A stretch of 63,794 bases of DNA, filler included, from Bigelowiella natans CCMP2755 (GCA_000320545.1; 7 parts of 7 records of this genome joined end to end with filler, not necessarily neighbours in it); one strand, 5' to 3'; numbered from the whole stretch's first letter, positions 1 to 13,250 are shown. Notes: generated by a model not told the origin, from the letters alone. Translations and numbers: made by a program.

Positions 1-79
1 CACACACACACACACACACACACAGACAGAGAGAGAGAGAGAGAGAGAGAGACGTATATTTATATATGTATATGATTTG

Positions 80-3000
80 TAATAGCTTAAGTTCTTGCCT
101 CTAACTCCTTTTGTTGCTCCTTTCTTAGTTCTTCGACGAGAGCTTTCTCCCGGAGCTATCATTGCACACAGATAAGCCGTAGTAATCAGCCAAAACGATG
201 ACGATGATGATATTCACATCCCCCTTTCCTTCTTCCTCCCTCCTCCTCTCTTCATTCAAAGCGATGTTCTTTTAGTTGTGCGGTTACTCCGACCTTAGCT
301 TGCTTGTTGAGCCTCACCAACACAGCCTTTTGCCACTGCTCCTTCTCAATCCGCAATCTAAGGCAGCGGGTTATATGTTCTAGTAGTCAGCTTGGCTTTG
401 ACGATATTTCACCTCTCATTGCACGGAGAACCACCTTTCTCGGTCACGTTCCCTGTCGCTCTCTTGCTTTGTCCGCAGTACCTCTACTTCTCGAGCTTGC
501 CTAGCCTATACATATATGTATATATTTTATACATAGAATGTAACATCAGTAGCAGCGCGCAAGGGACTCAGCGACGTGGTGTTCTTCGCCGTCGATATTT
601 TTCTCTTCTATGCATCGGTTGTGATCAACTTCCGACCCGCTCTTCAGCGAATTGCACGCGGAACTCCTCGGCCTTTTGAAGGATAGCTTCTGCCGATTTC
701 TGCCGCTCCGCAATCACAGCCTGCTGCAGGCGTGACTTTTCCTGAGGTGGAGTAGTATCGATATATGTAGCGTACGAGCCTCATGAAAAGGGAAGGGGGA
801 GGGGGATAAGGGAGCAGAACCGAACCTCCGCAAACTCTCGGTCCATTTTTGACCTCTCTTCAAGCACACGCATCATGCCCGTTGCCTGTAGTAGGAATTG
901 CATCAAAATCCTTAGAAGACGGATCGAGCACGCGCTTCTCCTGGCCTTCTTCTCATGCATGTGAGTGCTATGATGATGGTGGTGGTGCAGGGATGTCACA
1001 AGATGTCGTATTGTCAAAACACAAAGAGGGGATCATCATTCACATCAGAGGTGCTTCGGTTGGTACAGCTTCTGACTTGCATACCTCTATGTCCTTGGCT
1101 CGCCTCTCCACCTCCTCGCTCTTTCGCCTGCCCATGTTGTTTCATCAATCAAGATAAATTGATTCCCCTTCTTCGCGTTGTGCGTATGAAATTCATCCCA
1201 AACTCTCTCTCCTATTTCCAACTGGAAAGATACCTTGCCTCCTCCCTGCCTTGTCGCTTTCCGTCCTCAGTCGCAGCCAGTTTAGCTTGCTCCAGCATCG
1301 TCAAGTGCTCCTACACACAGAAACCAACGCAACATTTATAAACATTAAGAGATATATTTATGCAACGGATCAACGTCAACCAACTAGGATAAATCCACAA
1401 GCTATTTTGGCCGTCCTGCGACATTGCAAATGCCGTTTTGTGTTGGGGCTTTCCGAACTACCCCCCCCCCCCTCCCCCACGGTACCTTTCTCTGTGCCTC
1501 TTGTACTGCCTGGTGACGCTCCTCAGCCCGCTTAAGGTCTTCCTTCCCCTTCTTGAGAATTCCCTGAATCTGCGGCTGGATGATGGGAAGGTAGGGGAGA
1601 GCCGGAGAAAAGAAAATCAGCAATGCCTGCACTCCTTTAAGGCGAGCGTCGCTGTTTCAAGCCGTATTTCTATTGGAGAACTATGCAGCAACTAGCTAAT
1701 AGAAGCAGTTCATTCCCTGAAAACATTCTGTGTGTTGGCCCAAATTCTAATTTGCGCACCTCCAGGCCTCTAATCGTTATCTCCTTGATCTTTGCCGTCC
1801 TCTCCCTCTCCCACCTTTGGTTACGCGAAAGTAGAGTGTGTAGGAAATTAGGGCGGGAACAAGCAGCAATTGTTTACAATTCTTGGAGCGTTTCATGTTT
1901 TAGCTCTACACCCCCCGAATTTGGAAATTTTCAGTTGTTTCAGCATATTTTATCCATGGTTAGAAGGCATGGAAGAGGTAGGTTACTTGTCTCGGCGCGC
2001 CTTCTCTGCGGCAGCCCATTGCTTCTGCTTGTTTACAAGCAGTGCCTTATGCTGCGGAGTGACGAGGAGGCAGATTTAAGTTTTGGAGTGGGTCACTCAC
2101 AAAAGAATAAATGAATTATATTTATATATGAATACCATGTTTCATTGGACATCCAGAAGAAATGTTTTCCCCACCCCTCTCTGCTGTTAATATTACCTTT
2201 TCCCGCAGCACTTCCGTTGTCTTTTTAAAGCCGGCCTCCGCCTCCTTCGCCTTCTCAGCAAATGCTGCACACTGTTTGCCGAGGGCCTCCTTTGTACGTT
2301 CGATATCACACGTGGCACTTCATTAAGTCTTACTTGAGAATATTGTGCGAGGAGTGCGTGTAAAAGCAGTCCTTCTCCTCCCGCCACCCTCTCTCCCCTC
2401 TAGTGTTGCCTTTTCTTTATCTCTACTCTCACACCATCTCCTCTCACCTTGTCCTTGAGAAGCCGGTCTGAGAGTGCGTGCTGGCGCTCTAGCACCGCTT
2501 CAAACTCCTGGTGTATCGTAGTGGAGGGGTTGTTCAAGAATGAGAGGGGGACGGGGGGGGGAGAGGCGAGGCCAACTGGACGACAATGGGCCGTGGCAAC
2601 CTCGTTTCACATGCATCTTTCGATAATACACGTGTGCATACGTTGGTCCTCAAATCACACTTGCTCCCTTGCCTATCAATGGCGCCTCATCATTGCATAT
2701 GGTGTTACCATCCGTTGAGCATTCATCGCCGCTTTGTGAGCTAGCTCGGTCTGTGGTTGCAACCAACAGCTTAGCATGACCGAAACCATCGCCATTCACT
2801 CGCGAGCGCGTTTTCTCACAGCAACAGGGAGAAACGACTACCTGCTTACGAGAGTCTTGGAACTGTTTCTCTTTCGATTCCAAAGTCTCCTTTAATTTTG
2901 CGCTCCCCTCCTGATACGTTGCATCCAACAAGATAAGCATCGAGTCGACTCTTTTGTTTCCCCCCGTTTTTTAATTATTATTTTTTTTTTTATCATTGCC

Positions 3001-5420
3001 ATCCGCATCGTCATCATTACCATTGTAGCAATACTGGTGGCAAGAGGAATTATAAATATGTGTCCGCAAGTGACGATGCGCTCTCCTCCCCACACCACAA
3101 CAAACAAGCTGCCAAAGCCAGTGAACAGTCTCTCCTGCCTCCTACTACCTTCTCTCGTTGCAGCGAGTTCTTCAGGCGATCCATCTTAGCCTTGATCCCA
3201 CCGAACACGTCGCGGACGAGGCCAGAGCCTATGGCATACATCATTCGAGCTAATAATTAAGGAAGGAAACACGATAGAAGTAGTTGCTGCTGCTGCTAAT
3301 GATGCAGTACAATCTCCCATCGTTCTTATCCCCCCCTTTGCCATTGACATTTCCCGCTGCTGCCTTCAATCACGATCTGCGGACCTGATGCCGAAACGCG
3401 CGCGATGGACGCCGATGGCGCCTTCGGTGCTCGAGTTGCTTTTGTGCTCAAGGGTTTTCTCTAATTTGCATGTATGCGGGGTTTGAATTAGTTTTCGCTG
3501 CTTTAGCAAGAAGAGTTGCGGTATTTTATGAGATGAAACCAAAAAATGGCGGCAGGTGTGGCATACATCTTCAAGAATAACAAAGAGGCGAGGAGGTAGG
3601 TGCCGAGAAAATAAAGACTTATCTGAGGACCAATAGCTGGGAGGAAGAGGAAGCTGCGACACTTCCGTTTATGCTTTCTAACATCACATCCTGGGTCTTC
3701 GTGTTCATTGCTACGTTGTCCAGGTATTGCTGGAATCAAAAGGGAGAATAACGGTAAAAAATGTCAGTGCCCTGTATGGTGTTGATTTGTGTGTGCGTGC
3801 GCGTGTGAAAGCGATTTCGATGCGTGCAGAGAGTACCAGCAAGCTATTCATTTCATTATGAGATGATGTGCCGCGGTCACTATCATCGCCTGGAGAAGGA
3901 TTCGTTTTCTTTTCATTCTTCGGAATTGTTGCTGCAACTACTGCTGCTGCTCCTCCTCCTGATGATACTCTTCGATTGCCGGTCGTGAGAGATATTCTGT
4001 CTCTATCCACATCCCGCGCGCTCCCTTCTTTTGCGCTAGAAACTGTTCCAGCTGCACCTACAGCATCGCCTTCGCTATATTTCTCTCCTCCTTGCACAAT
4101 ATTTGCCAAGAGGTCTGCTTTGACTTTGCGATGAGATTCCTTCGCATTGGCTATTGGATACGCAGTCTCCGCGGCAATTCCAGCAGTTGTCGACGAGGAC
4201 GAGTGGCCTCTTCCGCCCACCCCCCTTGCATTGGATCGCTGGATATCGTTGAAGAAGGACCGTTTGGAACGGCTTGAGTTGCGGACACTCTGTTGATGGA
4301 CAAACGAAGTGTGTGGGTTTTATTGCATGTCTTGCGCTCGCAAATAGAGATCAATCTATTGGATGATGAAAAGGAAGTCGATAATGGCCGGAAAAGAACC
4401 ACCTTGGGAGATGTTGAAGCTGAGGGGCTCGGGGGGGCAACTGGTGTGGTACGGCGACGCCCTGATGCTAATGCGCGTATAGCAAGAATCATAATTATGA
4501 CAGACAAAAGAATCTTAATGATGACAGACAACGTGTTTGTACTTGTGTGTGTATGCGTGGTTTATTTTGGGAACATAGTAGAAAGAAGAGGAAAGCACAG
4601 TTTATATGCGTTTGCTATTCTGTTGTGGCTGCAGTACAATGCGGAAGTACCAGGCTTTCCACTTGTGCGGGCTCTATTTTGCTGCATAGTTACAGCGGCA
4701 GAACGTCTTTTCGAGTCGATCCTGAGGGTCAAATTTAGACTGAGATGTGAGGGTAAACGCACGCACAACGCGCGCGCGCACACAAACACACACGCAGAGA
4801 GCGAGACCGCGAGAGAGAGAAGAGAAAGAGGGAGAGTACAAAATATTCGTGAAGATGCATTTGCTTCTTTTTCTGGAATAATCCAGACGAATTTTTTTAA
4901 TAGTGGATGGGAGCAATTGTGGCGACGCTGGTTACAACCTCTTGTTATTGTTTCTACTCGGTCCGCTGCCAACTGCATCACTCCTACCGCTTCCCAGATG
5001 CCGCGTCGTGTTTCCAGGACTGAGCCTCACGGATTTTACAAGTTTCGACGGCCTTCCTTTGATATGTATTTTCCTGGATGCCGCAGTACTTGACGTCTTC
5101 GTCGTCGACTTATTCTTTTGATTTGTCTTTGAAACCATGCGACGCGACGAGCTAGAAGCGCGAGTATCTGAAGGTCCAAAGCCATTGACCCCACCTGCCG
5201 CTGTCTCTGCTCCTGTCACATTTGATTGAAGTCTATTCTTCTTTTTGCTGCGTGCGGTAGTGGTGGAGTGACTCGCTGGAAAGTGGTCACCCCTACCATT
5301 ATCTCCTTTTCTTGATGAAATAACACTCTTCTGAGCTCCCTTCACAGACCGTGCTCCTCCCCGACTCTCCCTCTGCAGATTCGTCGTATCTTCGTCTGAT
5401 CCGTACGACTTCCACCTTGG
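80..5420 (-). CDS. Multi-exon coiled-coil protein with low-complexity N-terminal region (one gene or two; 3' end may lie outside window)
   Basis: Minus-strand E/K/Q/A-rich exon-like segments flanked by GT/AG, e.g. EHLTMLEQAKLAATEDGKRQGREEA (~1235-1310), HKALLVNKQKQWAAAEKARRDK (~1987-2052), EGSAKLKETLESKEKQFQDSRKQ (~2843-2912), GLVRDVFGGIKAKMDRLKNSLQREK (~3149-3230); Ser/Lys-rich ORFs at 3711-5420. Boundaries approximate. Confidence 0.5.
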
Positions 5421-6532
5421 AATTAAGACAATATAATTGAGGAGGATGAAGAGGGAGATCAAATGAAGAGATGAAGAGATAGTCCTATAATGAGCGCGAG
5501 ATAGCAAGTGATGAAGGGTGAAATAAATACATGGCGGAGTCTCCATAGGAATCCTGAACACTGTTATTCTTCCCCTCGAAATGGATTGAAAACCTCGTAT
5601 TGATACTATCATAAAGCTTGTAGATAACAAATAAAAGGAAGGAGAAGGATTACTGTCAGAACAAGTGATTATCGAGCCAGAGTTAGGGATAGAGGGAAAG
5701 CAGAATACGTGGAAGTGGCTGCACTTAAATAAAATAACCTCCGACATGGTTTAGCCTGTGGGCGTTATCTCAGCACTTTATTATGCCTCTCTCCCTCCAG
5801 TTCCTAAAATATTTTAGAACAAAGAATAAGATTGAAAAGAAGCATCTTGCCCCGAAACTACATGCTTCGAAGGCATAGCGATCATCGCTGCAACTACACG
5901 CGCCTCCCAAAATGTTTATGTATTGTGCAAGGTTACCTCCCACCACTAAAGAGGAGATATAGCCTTGAAGCGGATAAATAAAGAGGCGGTGCGAGAGAAG
6001 GGCAGGCAGGATGAAAGGAAAGGTAGGCCTCTCTGTTGCTCCTCCTCCTATGAGCTGCGATTCTGTCAGGAACGTTCGTCTGTTACCAGACCGTTAAACT
6101 ACCCAAAGTATGGATTTTTAAGGTGCGACAACCTCCTTTTATTGTCGCAACGACGTGATCCCTTTATCCCCCCAGCTTTCTGTCAGGGGACGGGGCCGAA
6201 CTCCCAGTTTCTTTTTGGAGCTTTTAACGGGTGACCAGAACTTTGGTTGGTTTAAATTTTAAACCGATTCTGACTCATCTTCGGTGGATCAACACCGAGT
6301 TTCATTAATTTATATTTTCGTAGAGAATTCAGAGGCACGTAAATATCATCGGCCGCCCAGTCAAAGCCGGGTCAGATTCTGATCCTACGCCCATAGAAAT
6401 TCGGGCGAGGAAATTTGTGATCATATGGGGAAACAGAGCTGCGACAATGTGATTTCGAAGTCGTAGCAGATAGTGTACGCGTGCTCTTACAATTGCTCGA
6501 AATACCAACGTCAGTGCATCTCTTGCAGAAGA

Positions 6533-7821
6533 ATGGCCGTTCGCAGGGCCGTGGTGCTCGCAACGGTGCTAGGAGCCTCTGAGGCTGTCTGGACCAATAG
6601 CTATGGTAGAAATGGCATTTCTGTAGGCTTGAATATGGATATGCCTTCGGGCTTTCTCCATCGGAAATTCTCTCCTGAAGTCTTCGCCTCTGCCAAAGTG
6701 GAGAGCCTTCCGTCGGAGTACAACCCTTGCTCACAAGGTCTCTGCACCCCCGTTCTGAACCAGCGAGTCCCTCAGGTATTTTCGTTTTGAAGGGCGTAAA
6801 ATAATTTGAAGCGTGACCATGGCATTGATATCAGTTTTGCGACAGTGGATGGGCCCACGCGGCAGTAAGTTCGATGGGCGATAGAGTCGCCAGGAAAAGG
6901 AAACAGGACAATGATGATCACGGGCCCAAAATTACTCTAAGCACACAGCACATTCTGAACTGCCCTCTTGTATATCATGATGATGCGAGCTCCAGTGCTG
7001 GAAGTTGCAACGGGGGTGGGGATCCGATATCAGCTTATAGGCTCGTAAAAGAAAGGTTCTCCACCATTGTGGAGGATGATCCGATGTCAGGACATGGGCT
7101 GTCATATTTCACTGATGTGCCGTACATTGCTTGCTCTGCAGACTCCACTCAGGGCTTTTGTTCTGTGCCCCATGTCCAACAGCTGCTGACATGCACGCCT
7201 TTGAACGTTGCCAGGACATGTAGCACATTCACTGAGGAGGGTGGCAATTGCACGGCAATTACGTTCTACCCCAACGTGAAGCTCGCCGACTATGGGCAAA
7301 TTAAAGGAAGGGAAGAGATTAAAGCTGAGATTTTCAACAACGGTCCGATTTCCTGCGGTTTAGATGCTAATCCTCTGCGTAACTACTCAACCGGCATTGT
7401 CTCTGATCGCGGCCAAAGCATCAACCATGTAGTCTCGCTGGTAGGATGGGGGACAGATGAAGACACCAACACCGAATATTTTATAGCTAGAAACAGCTGG
7501 GGGACGAGCTGGGGTGAAAGCGGCTTTTTCCGACTCGAATATAAGGCCTTGATGCTGGACACGGCTCCTTGCGCCTTTGGCATTGTAAAAAGTTACACAG
7601 TTGCAGATAATGAAATTCATTTCTCTGAGGATGGTGTACAGATGGATGAAGATCCCAAAAGAGACGCTGATGTTACACTTTCAATCACAAGTATTCTTCT
7701 GATTTTGCTAGGTGGCGTGATTTTTCTTTCCATCGGCGGACTTTACATCTGCTCTCGATGCTTGAAAAATCGAACACCAGCTACTGAGGATGGATATTCA
7801 GCGGTCCCTGAGTTATCCTAA
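6533..7821 (+). CDS. Papain-family (C1A) cathepsin X/Z-like protein, catalytic Cys replaced by Gly, with signal peptide and C-terminal transmembrane helix
   Basis: Exon1 6533-6775, GT-AG intron 6776-6834, exon2 6835-7821 in frame. Spliced motif NQRVPQFCDSGWAHAA (cathepsin X: NQHIPQYCGSCWAH), LSTQHILNC, GSCNGG, EIFNNGPISCG, INHVVSLVGWG, ARNSWGTSWGESGFFR; hydrophobic ITSILLILLGGVIFLSIGGLYI. Confidence 0.88.
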
Positions 7822-7980
7822 AGATTGTGTATTTAGCTACACCGGCAAACGCTGCAATTGTTCCTAGAACATTGAGTGCAAAAGATGAGACAATAGAACA
7901 AGGAAAAATGCATGTTTCACAACCGTGTGTGTGTGGTTAGTGAAGATTCAGTGTCATTTGATTTGACATTGAGCAACAAT

Positions 7981-9480
7981 GTTTCGAAAACTTGTTCAAC
8001 AAATGGTCATGCACAGATGGTCATGCACATCTAGACATGATGTTGACCACATCACATGCACAACAGCAATGGAGAAACTGTCAACGTGTCAGCGCAAAGA
8101 CATCATTTGAAATCATGCACATGCACACAAGCCTGAAGCGCTGCTGCTGGGCCGATTGCCGTGCCGAATTTGCATTACGAGCATGGCGCTGCGCTCATTG
8201 GCATTTTCAGGTTTCATGGCTTGCTGTCGCGAGCACAACAGGGAGATCAAAAAAGCATGTTTCGTGATGCAAGCAACAAGTGCCAAGCTAGTAAGGGTGG
8301 AGGCAGAGAGGAGGGGGGTCTTCTCTAGCTCCATTTGTCTCTTCTTCAGTCTGCTAGAAGTGCAAGATCGAGCACATGCTTGCACAATGCGTTGTGCACC
8401 GCCACGGACAGAGATGTTTGTCAATTGTGTCAGCATGCAGCTCTGAGCTCCAGAGCTAGTGACAGTGACAACAACTGCGAGACAGAAGATCATTCAACAC
8501 GACACAAAGAACCGCAATCAGTGCTAGAGCTAGAGCGAAGTGATGCACGCTGGAATGTGTGCAGCAATGACAGAAAAGAAAAGAATTGGTGGCAACAGGC
8601 GGTCGGGCCGGATGGAAACGCCGATTGCTGGGCACGTTGTGTGCATCATTGCAACGATGTTGCATCTCGCAGACGCTGCGCGGTTGAGCATGCGCGCGTT
8701 CAATTCAGGGATCTCGAAGGAAACGTGCATTTCGAAACTTCCAAGGAGCACCAAACCAGCAAAGCACTTCTCTTCACCAGCTCACAACACCTTCACGTGA
8801 TTCCAAGCACTGGTGTTGCGTTCAAACAACGTGTGCATCAACAAACAACTCCAGAACTCCACGTGCAATGTCAAGTGCCATGCGTTCTTTGCGTGGAGAG
8901 TGCCAACTTGGTTTGGTCGATGTCCAAGGCGTGTGGGGTGCGCACGATGAACATTGAACTGTGTGTGGACAGGTGCAAAACCTGCAAGCGCGAGGACCAC
9001 GCCAGCCAGCCAGCAGTGCTGGCTTGGCTCTTGCCCGCGCCAAAAACGTGAGCAAAACCAGTGAAGTTCACGTTGTTGTGGTTGGGACACCCACACCAAA
9101 AGCGTGAACAAAAAACCTCGCGCCGTGATGGTTCGGAAGAACCACAGTGCAGTGGTGCGGACTCAGACGTGCCCCCCCCAACCCCCCAGGCCCCCCCTTT
9201 GCCACGCCAGCACAGTGGCCCCACAAGCTATCACTTTGATCTCAAAGCGTGGCTCGCCAAAATCAACAATTGGCAACTGGCATCCCTCGTGGAAGGAACA
9301 TCACACGAACATTGAACATTGGCATTGATGCAAAACCTGCATGCACAAGAACCACACAAGAAGCAGCAATGAACAATGAACAATGATGGAGAACTACATT
9401 TCCAGAATGTTGCAAGACATTTGCAGTGCACGAAACGCAGTGCCTCGAACTAGCTTCAGTGAGCAGCGCCTCAAGCAAAA
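7981..9480. other. TpA-depleted, probably hypermutated repeat/transposon relic
   Basis: By-eye count of 12 TA dinucleotides in 1500 nt, 8 of them in CTAG; none in 8533-9228. Overlapping stop-poor ORFs are Cys/His-rich and Tyr-poor. Confidence 0.75.
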
Positions 9481-9717
9481 TCATAGCGAGGACATTGAAC
9501 GTGCGGACGAAAAAGAAAAGTATTTTGCGGTATACTCAGGCAATTTTTAAAAGGTGTACGATGCAAATCAAATGCACTCCAAAAACGAATGTTACAACTT
9601 CGACACGATCTTTGAACCAAATTAACCTAAAAATAATTTCCCAAAAAAGTATTTTGCTGTTACCCTTCCCAGCAATTTTCAAGGAGTGTGTTGATCACTG
9701 CTCGTGCACTCCCAGCG

Positions 9718-10020
9718 ATGGCGGAACGGCTTGTCCTGCCTGAGGGCTGGCAAGCCCTAACCGATCCTACCTCAAAATCTACCTATTACTACAACCAGGT
9801 GATCTGTGTATGACAAGTGTCCAATCAAATCGCCTTGGCAATGCATGTTTGTAATGCCTTCGCACAACGTGGGTAGGCGACGGGAAGCACCCAATGGAGT
9901 CATCCTGGCGCGCCAGAAGGAGCGGAGATAGTGTCTACGTTGTCGCCGTCTTTGGGAGATTGGATTCCGCAGAAAGACCCCGCCTCTGGGCGTACATACT
10001 ACTACAATACGAAAAGGTAT

Positions 10021-10055
<35 letters not shown>

Positions 10056-10739
10056 GAGTGTCGACATGTGTCAATCTGGCTCTGGTGATTCTCTTACCTT
10101 CTTATTGTTATTCACAGCATGCAAACAGCGTGGAAGATTCCTTCAGAGAGTTCCTCCCAAACTAGCCCTGGAGGTGCTGATGCCCCCACAAACTTAGGAG
10201 AAGAAGAAGTGGAAGGGAGCAAGGACGCCAAAAAGAACAAACCTTCAAGGAAGCGAGATCGGCGGCAAATAAGTGACTGGGTGGACTTTAGGTCACACAT
10301 TGCGAAGTAATCCTTCGTTCCCCCTCCCTCTCATTATTTGTACTCTTTTCGCAGCGATCTCTTGGAGGATGATGACGGCAACTTAGACGAAACTCCGCCG
10401 CATGAGCGAGTCGAGGAAGCCCCAACCAAGCTCAACCTATCAACCGACATATGCGAGACGGAAGGTGAGCTTTGGTGTATTGGCCATGGGGTATGCTCGC
10501 TCTCCATGTTGATGGCAGTCGACGATGCGTTTGGCTTCTGCTCTATATAACCGCTTCACCAAGAGCATTTTCCGCCGCCACAAGCATGACATTGTAACGC
10601 GCTAATTGTACTTTCTCGAACAGGATCGCTTTTGGGAGCTCCCTGGGTCTGCCTGCATTTCACGAGAGGACATTGCGAAGCCGGGCCTAAATGCGCGTAA
10701 GTCGTACACGCATAAAACACGCGTGCGCGTGCGCGCGCG

Positions 10740-10770
<31 letters not shown>

Positions 10771-13250
10771 GTGTACACGAACTCGTTGTATGTATATGAA
10801 AAGGGGGGGTGGGGGTGGGGGAGAGAGATTTCTCAGGTTGTTCCACCATCTATCCCGAAAGCACTTGGCCATGCCGTCCACGCCGTTGCTTAGCTGGATG
10901 TTGTTCATTTGTTGATTTCCAGGTATTTGCATAGAGTCCCCACAGAGAGAGATAGCAACGCGTGCGACCCTAGGCGGGACATCTTCGGCCGGAGGTTGAA
11001 AGAGTCAAAACAGTGTAGATGGCAAAAAAACTCGAAAAGTTTTTGTAATCGTCATTTCCATGTCATCCTCATCCTCCTCCTCCTCATCATCATCACCAGG
11101 AGGAGGATAAATCGAGACGGGGACCTTTGCGGCCTGAATAAGAGCCTGTGCCTTCCGAACATTCCAGCACACCTTCAGCAGGGCGGCTGGGGGAAGATCT
11201 CCGGCGTCCTTAAGAAGGAGCTTGGAACCTATGGTCAGTTAGCACCGTCTACTATTCTCTCGCCTCCCCGGGATCACTTCTTCCTTCAAAATCCTTGGTT
11301 CTTATGCCGTTTACCTCCCCCCCCCCCCCCCTCCTCATCAGGCCCTATCAAAGCGATCCGGCCTAAACCGAACCATAACATCGTGTTCATCGAGTTTTCG
11401 TACAGGTGTGGACGCCATTTTCCTTTTTCGCGTTTTATGGGATACTTTCTCGATATGTCAGAGTTGGGGCGGGAGGTGGGAAGCTTGAGCGATACACAAC
11501 GACTAGTACTCAAATCGGGGAAAGCAATTCGTCGTGGTTGGTGATGACTCTCATTCATTTCTGTTTAGATGTGCCGCTGAGTTCGTCAAGGAGGTTATGA
11601 AGGGCCAACCAATTAACCTTCCAGGCACGTCTTTCTTGCTCTAACATCACATAGTTAGGAGAGATAATGCTCGAATATGTGTTTGCATCTTCGTCTTCCG
11701 ATTGCACTACCCACAGTAATAATTCACTGTTGCGCGTGGCAAACGGCTTTACTTCCCTCGTGCGATTCCAGAGTAAAAGCGTTGATTCTTAGATCGTTTT
11801 CGACGTCAATAATGGTGCTGAACGAACGAGCCTGCATCTGAGTCTCTTGCACCCCATTGCTTAGGAATTCCGAACTTCCTCGTCCACCTTCGCTGGGCTA
11901 CCGACCCACGGTGATCCATGGCTAGATTCTAGTTGCTTTTATCGGGGTTTCGTGGGGGTCATCCTGCATTTGATCTGCGTTTTTTCTCTGCTATCGTTTG
12001 CTTGTTGCGCCCCCTCATCTCTCTTCATCTTGGTTTTCTCGCTGCGCTGCCTCTCTTCGGCGAGGCCAGGCATCTTCGTGCGTCTCTCGTCCTCGAGCGG
12101 GCCGAGAAGGCTAGGAAGGAGATTAAGGATTCTACGCTGCCGTCCTGGGCCGCTCAATACCCGGATTGGCAGCAGTCGGCGTACATCGCACAAATGCAGG
12201 GATCTAACGGACAGGTAGGGTGTAAAAGCGGGGCGCCTGTGCGAGTTTTGGTGGTAGTCACGCATAATGCTTTGTCACCTTGCGATGCCTTAGTTTTCCC
12301 GCTTCGATACTACTTTCTAATTCATCGGAAAGCGGTTTTCCTCTTGCGGATTACCACGTTTGGTAGATTACGGGCCAGAGACTGTTGTCCTTTTCGCTTC
12401 GCTGTTGCGGTGTGTTGTGTTTTACCCAATGTTTTCACCATTCAGTCTAGAGAGCTGTCCTATCCCGATACGAGCGAACAGTATGATGGCACTGCTGACG
12501 CGCAAGAAGGTGCGGAGCTTGTGCGGTGGCCCATGGTCTCACACGTTCTTAATAATGATGTTCACCACACTGGGATTTGGGATCTCTTTGCCATGTTCGA
12601 GAGATATGATCATCGACGATTATCACTTTTGCTGTTGAGTTTTATGCTGGAATTCCGTGTTCGAATTTTGCTGTGAATCATTATGCGACAAACGGTCAAG
12701 CGTTCATCGGGCATAGGGTGCGGGGGGCGTCGGTGTTGATGGCTTTAGAAAAAGCGAGACTGGATTACATGGGCGATGATAGATTAGAGGCGCGATTACT
12801 GATATAGACATAAACTATTTAGGTGAGATGGATGACCCTACTGTCATTCCAGAGGATATAGATGATGCTCCGAACGATGCATCCCTGCAACGGAATTCAG
12901 TGGGGGCGGCGTTTGATGCAACTGCAGAGGGAAAGTCGCAAGGTAGTCGTAAAAGCGCTATTAAAGGACCAGAAACCGACTCTAATGGAGGCGATGCGAG
13001 CCACAATCTTGCTAAAAGCAGTAATTCCTTCATTTCTGCGATCCAAAAGGTAGTTCCAACAATAACTGACGACCATCCTCGCAAAAAACAACAAATTTTG
13101 AGCAAGAATATTCAGTTAGCACAATTTTTCCTGATCATTATTTGTTCACATTGATAGGTGAGAGCAGACTACAATGAGAAGCAATTAGTTCAGAGTGAAG
13201 ATAATATGTCTTTGTCCCTCCTTGCTGGCTATGGATCCGATGACGATTGA
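9718..13250 (+). CDS. CWC2: CWC2/Cwf2 (RBM22-family)-like pre-mRNA splicing factor with two N-terminal WW domains (multi-exon)
   Basis: MAERLVLPEGWQALTDPTSKSTYYYNQ|ATGSTQWSHP (WW1); GDWIPQKDPASGRTYYYNTKR|MQTAWKIP (WW2); spliced CCCH finger CLHFTRGHCEAGPKCAYLH followed by RVP..DIFGR; RRM-like NKSLCL...NIVFIEFSYR|CAAEFVKEVMKGQP; C-terminus LLAGYGSDDD* at 13250. Confidence 0.72.

Noticed and set aside
4293-5093. 266-aa plus-strand ORF
   Set aside because: Spans microsatellite and intron-like sequence antisense to better minus-strand exons; probably spurious.
7981-9480. CpG-methylation decay as the cause of the TG/CA excess
   Set aside because: CpG is plentiful here (gcgcgcg, cgccg); the missing dinucleotide is TpA.
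8113-9484. Many overlapping ORFs on both strands, including a 238-aa Cys/His-rich ORF resembling a metal-binding protein
   Set aside because: Loss of TA removes TAA/TAG stops and converts Tyr to Cys/His, so long ORFs arise passively; no domain recognised.
10720-10775. Palindromic (GT)n(GC)n(AC)n tracts with Z-DNA/cruciform potential (also ~59720-59810)
   Set aside because: Common compound microsatellites in eukaryotic introns; no evidence of specific function.
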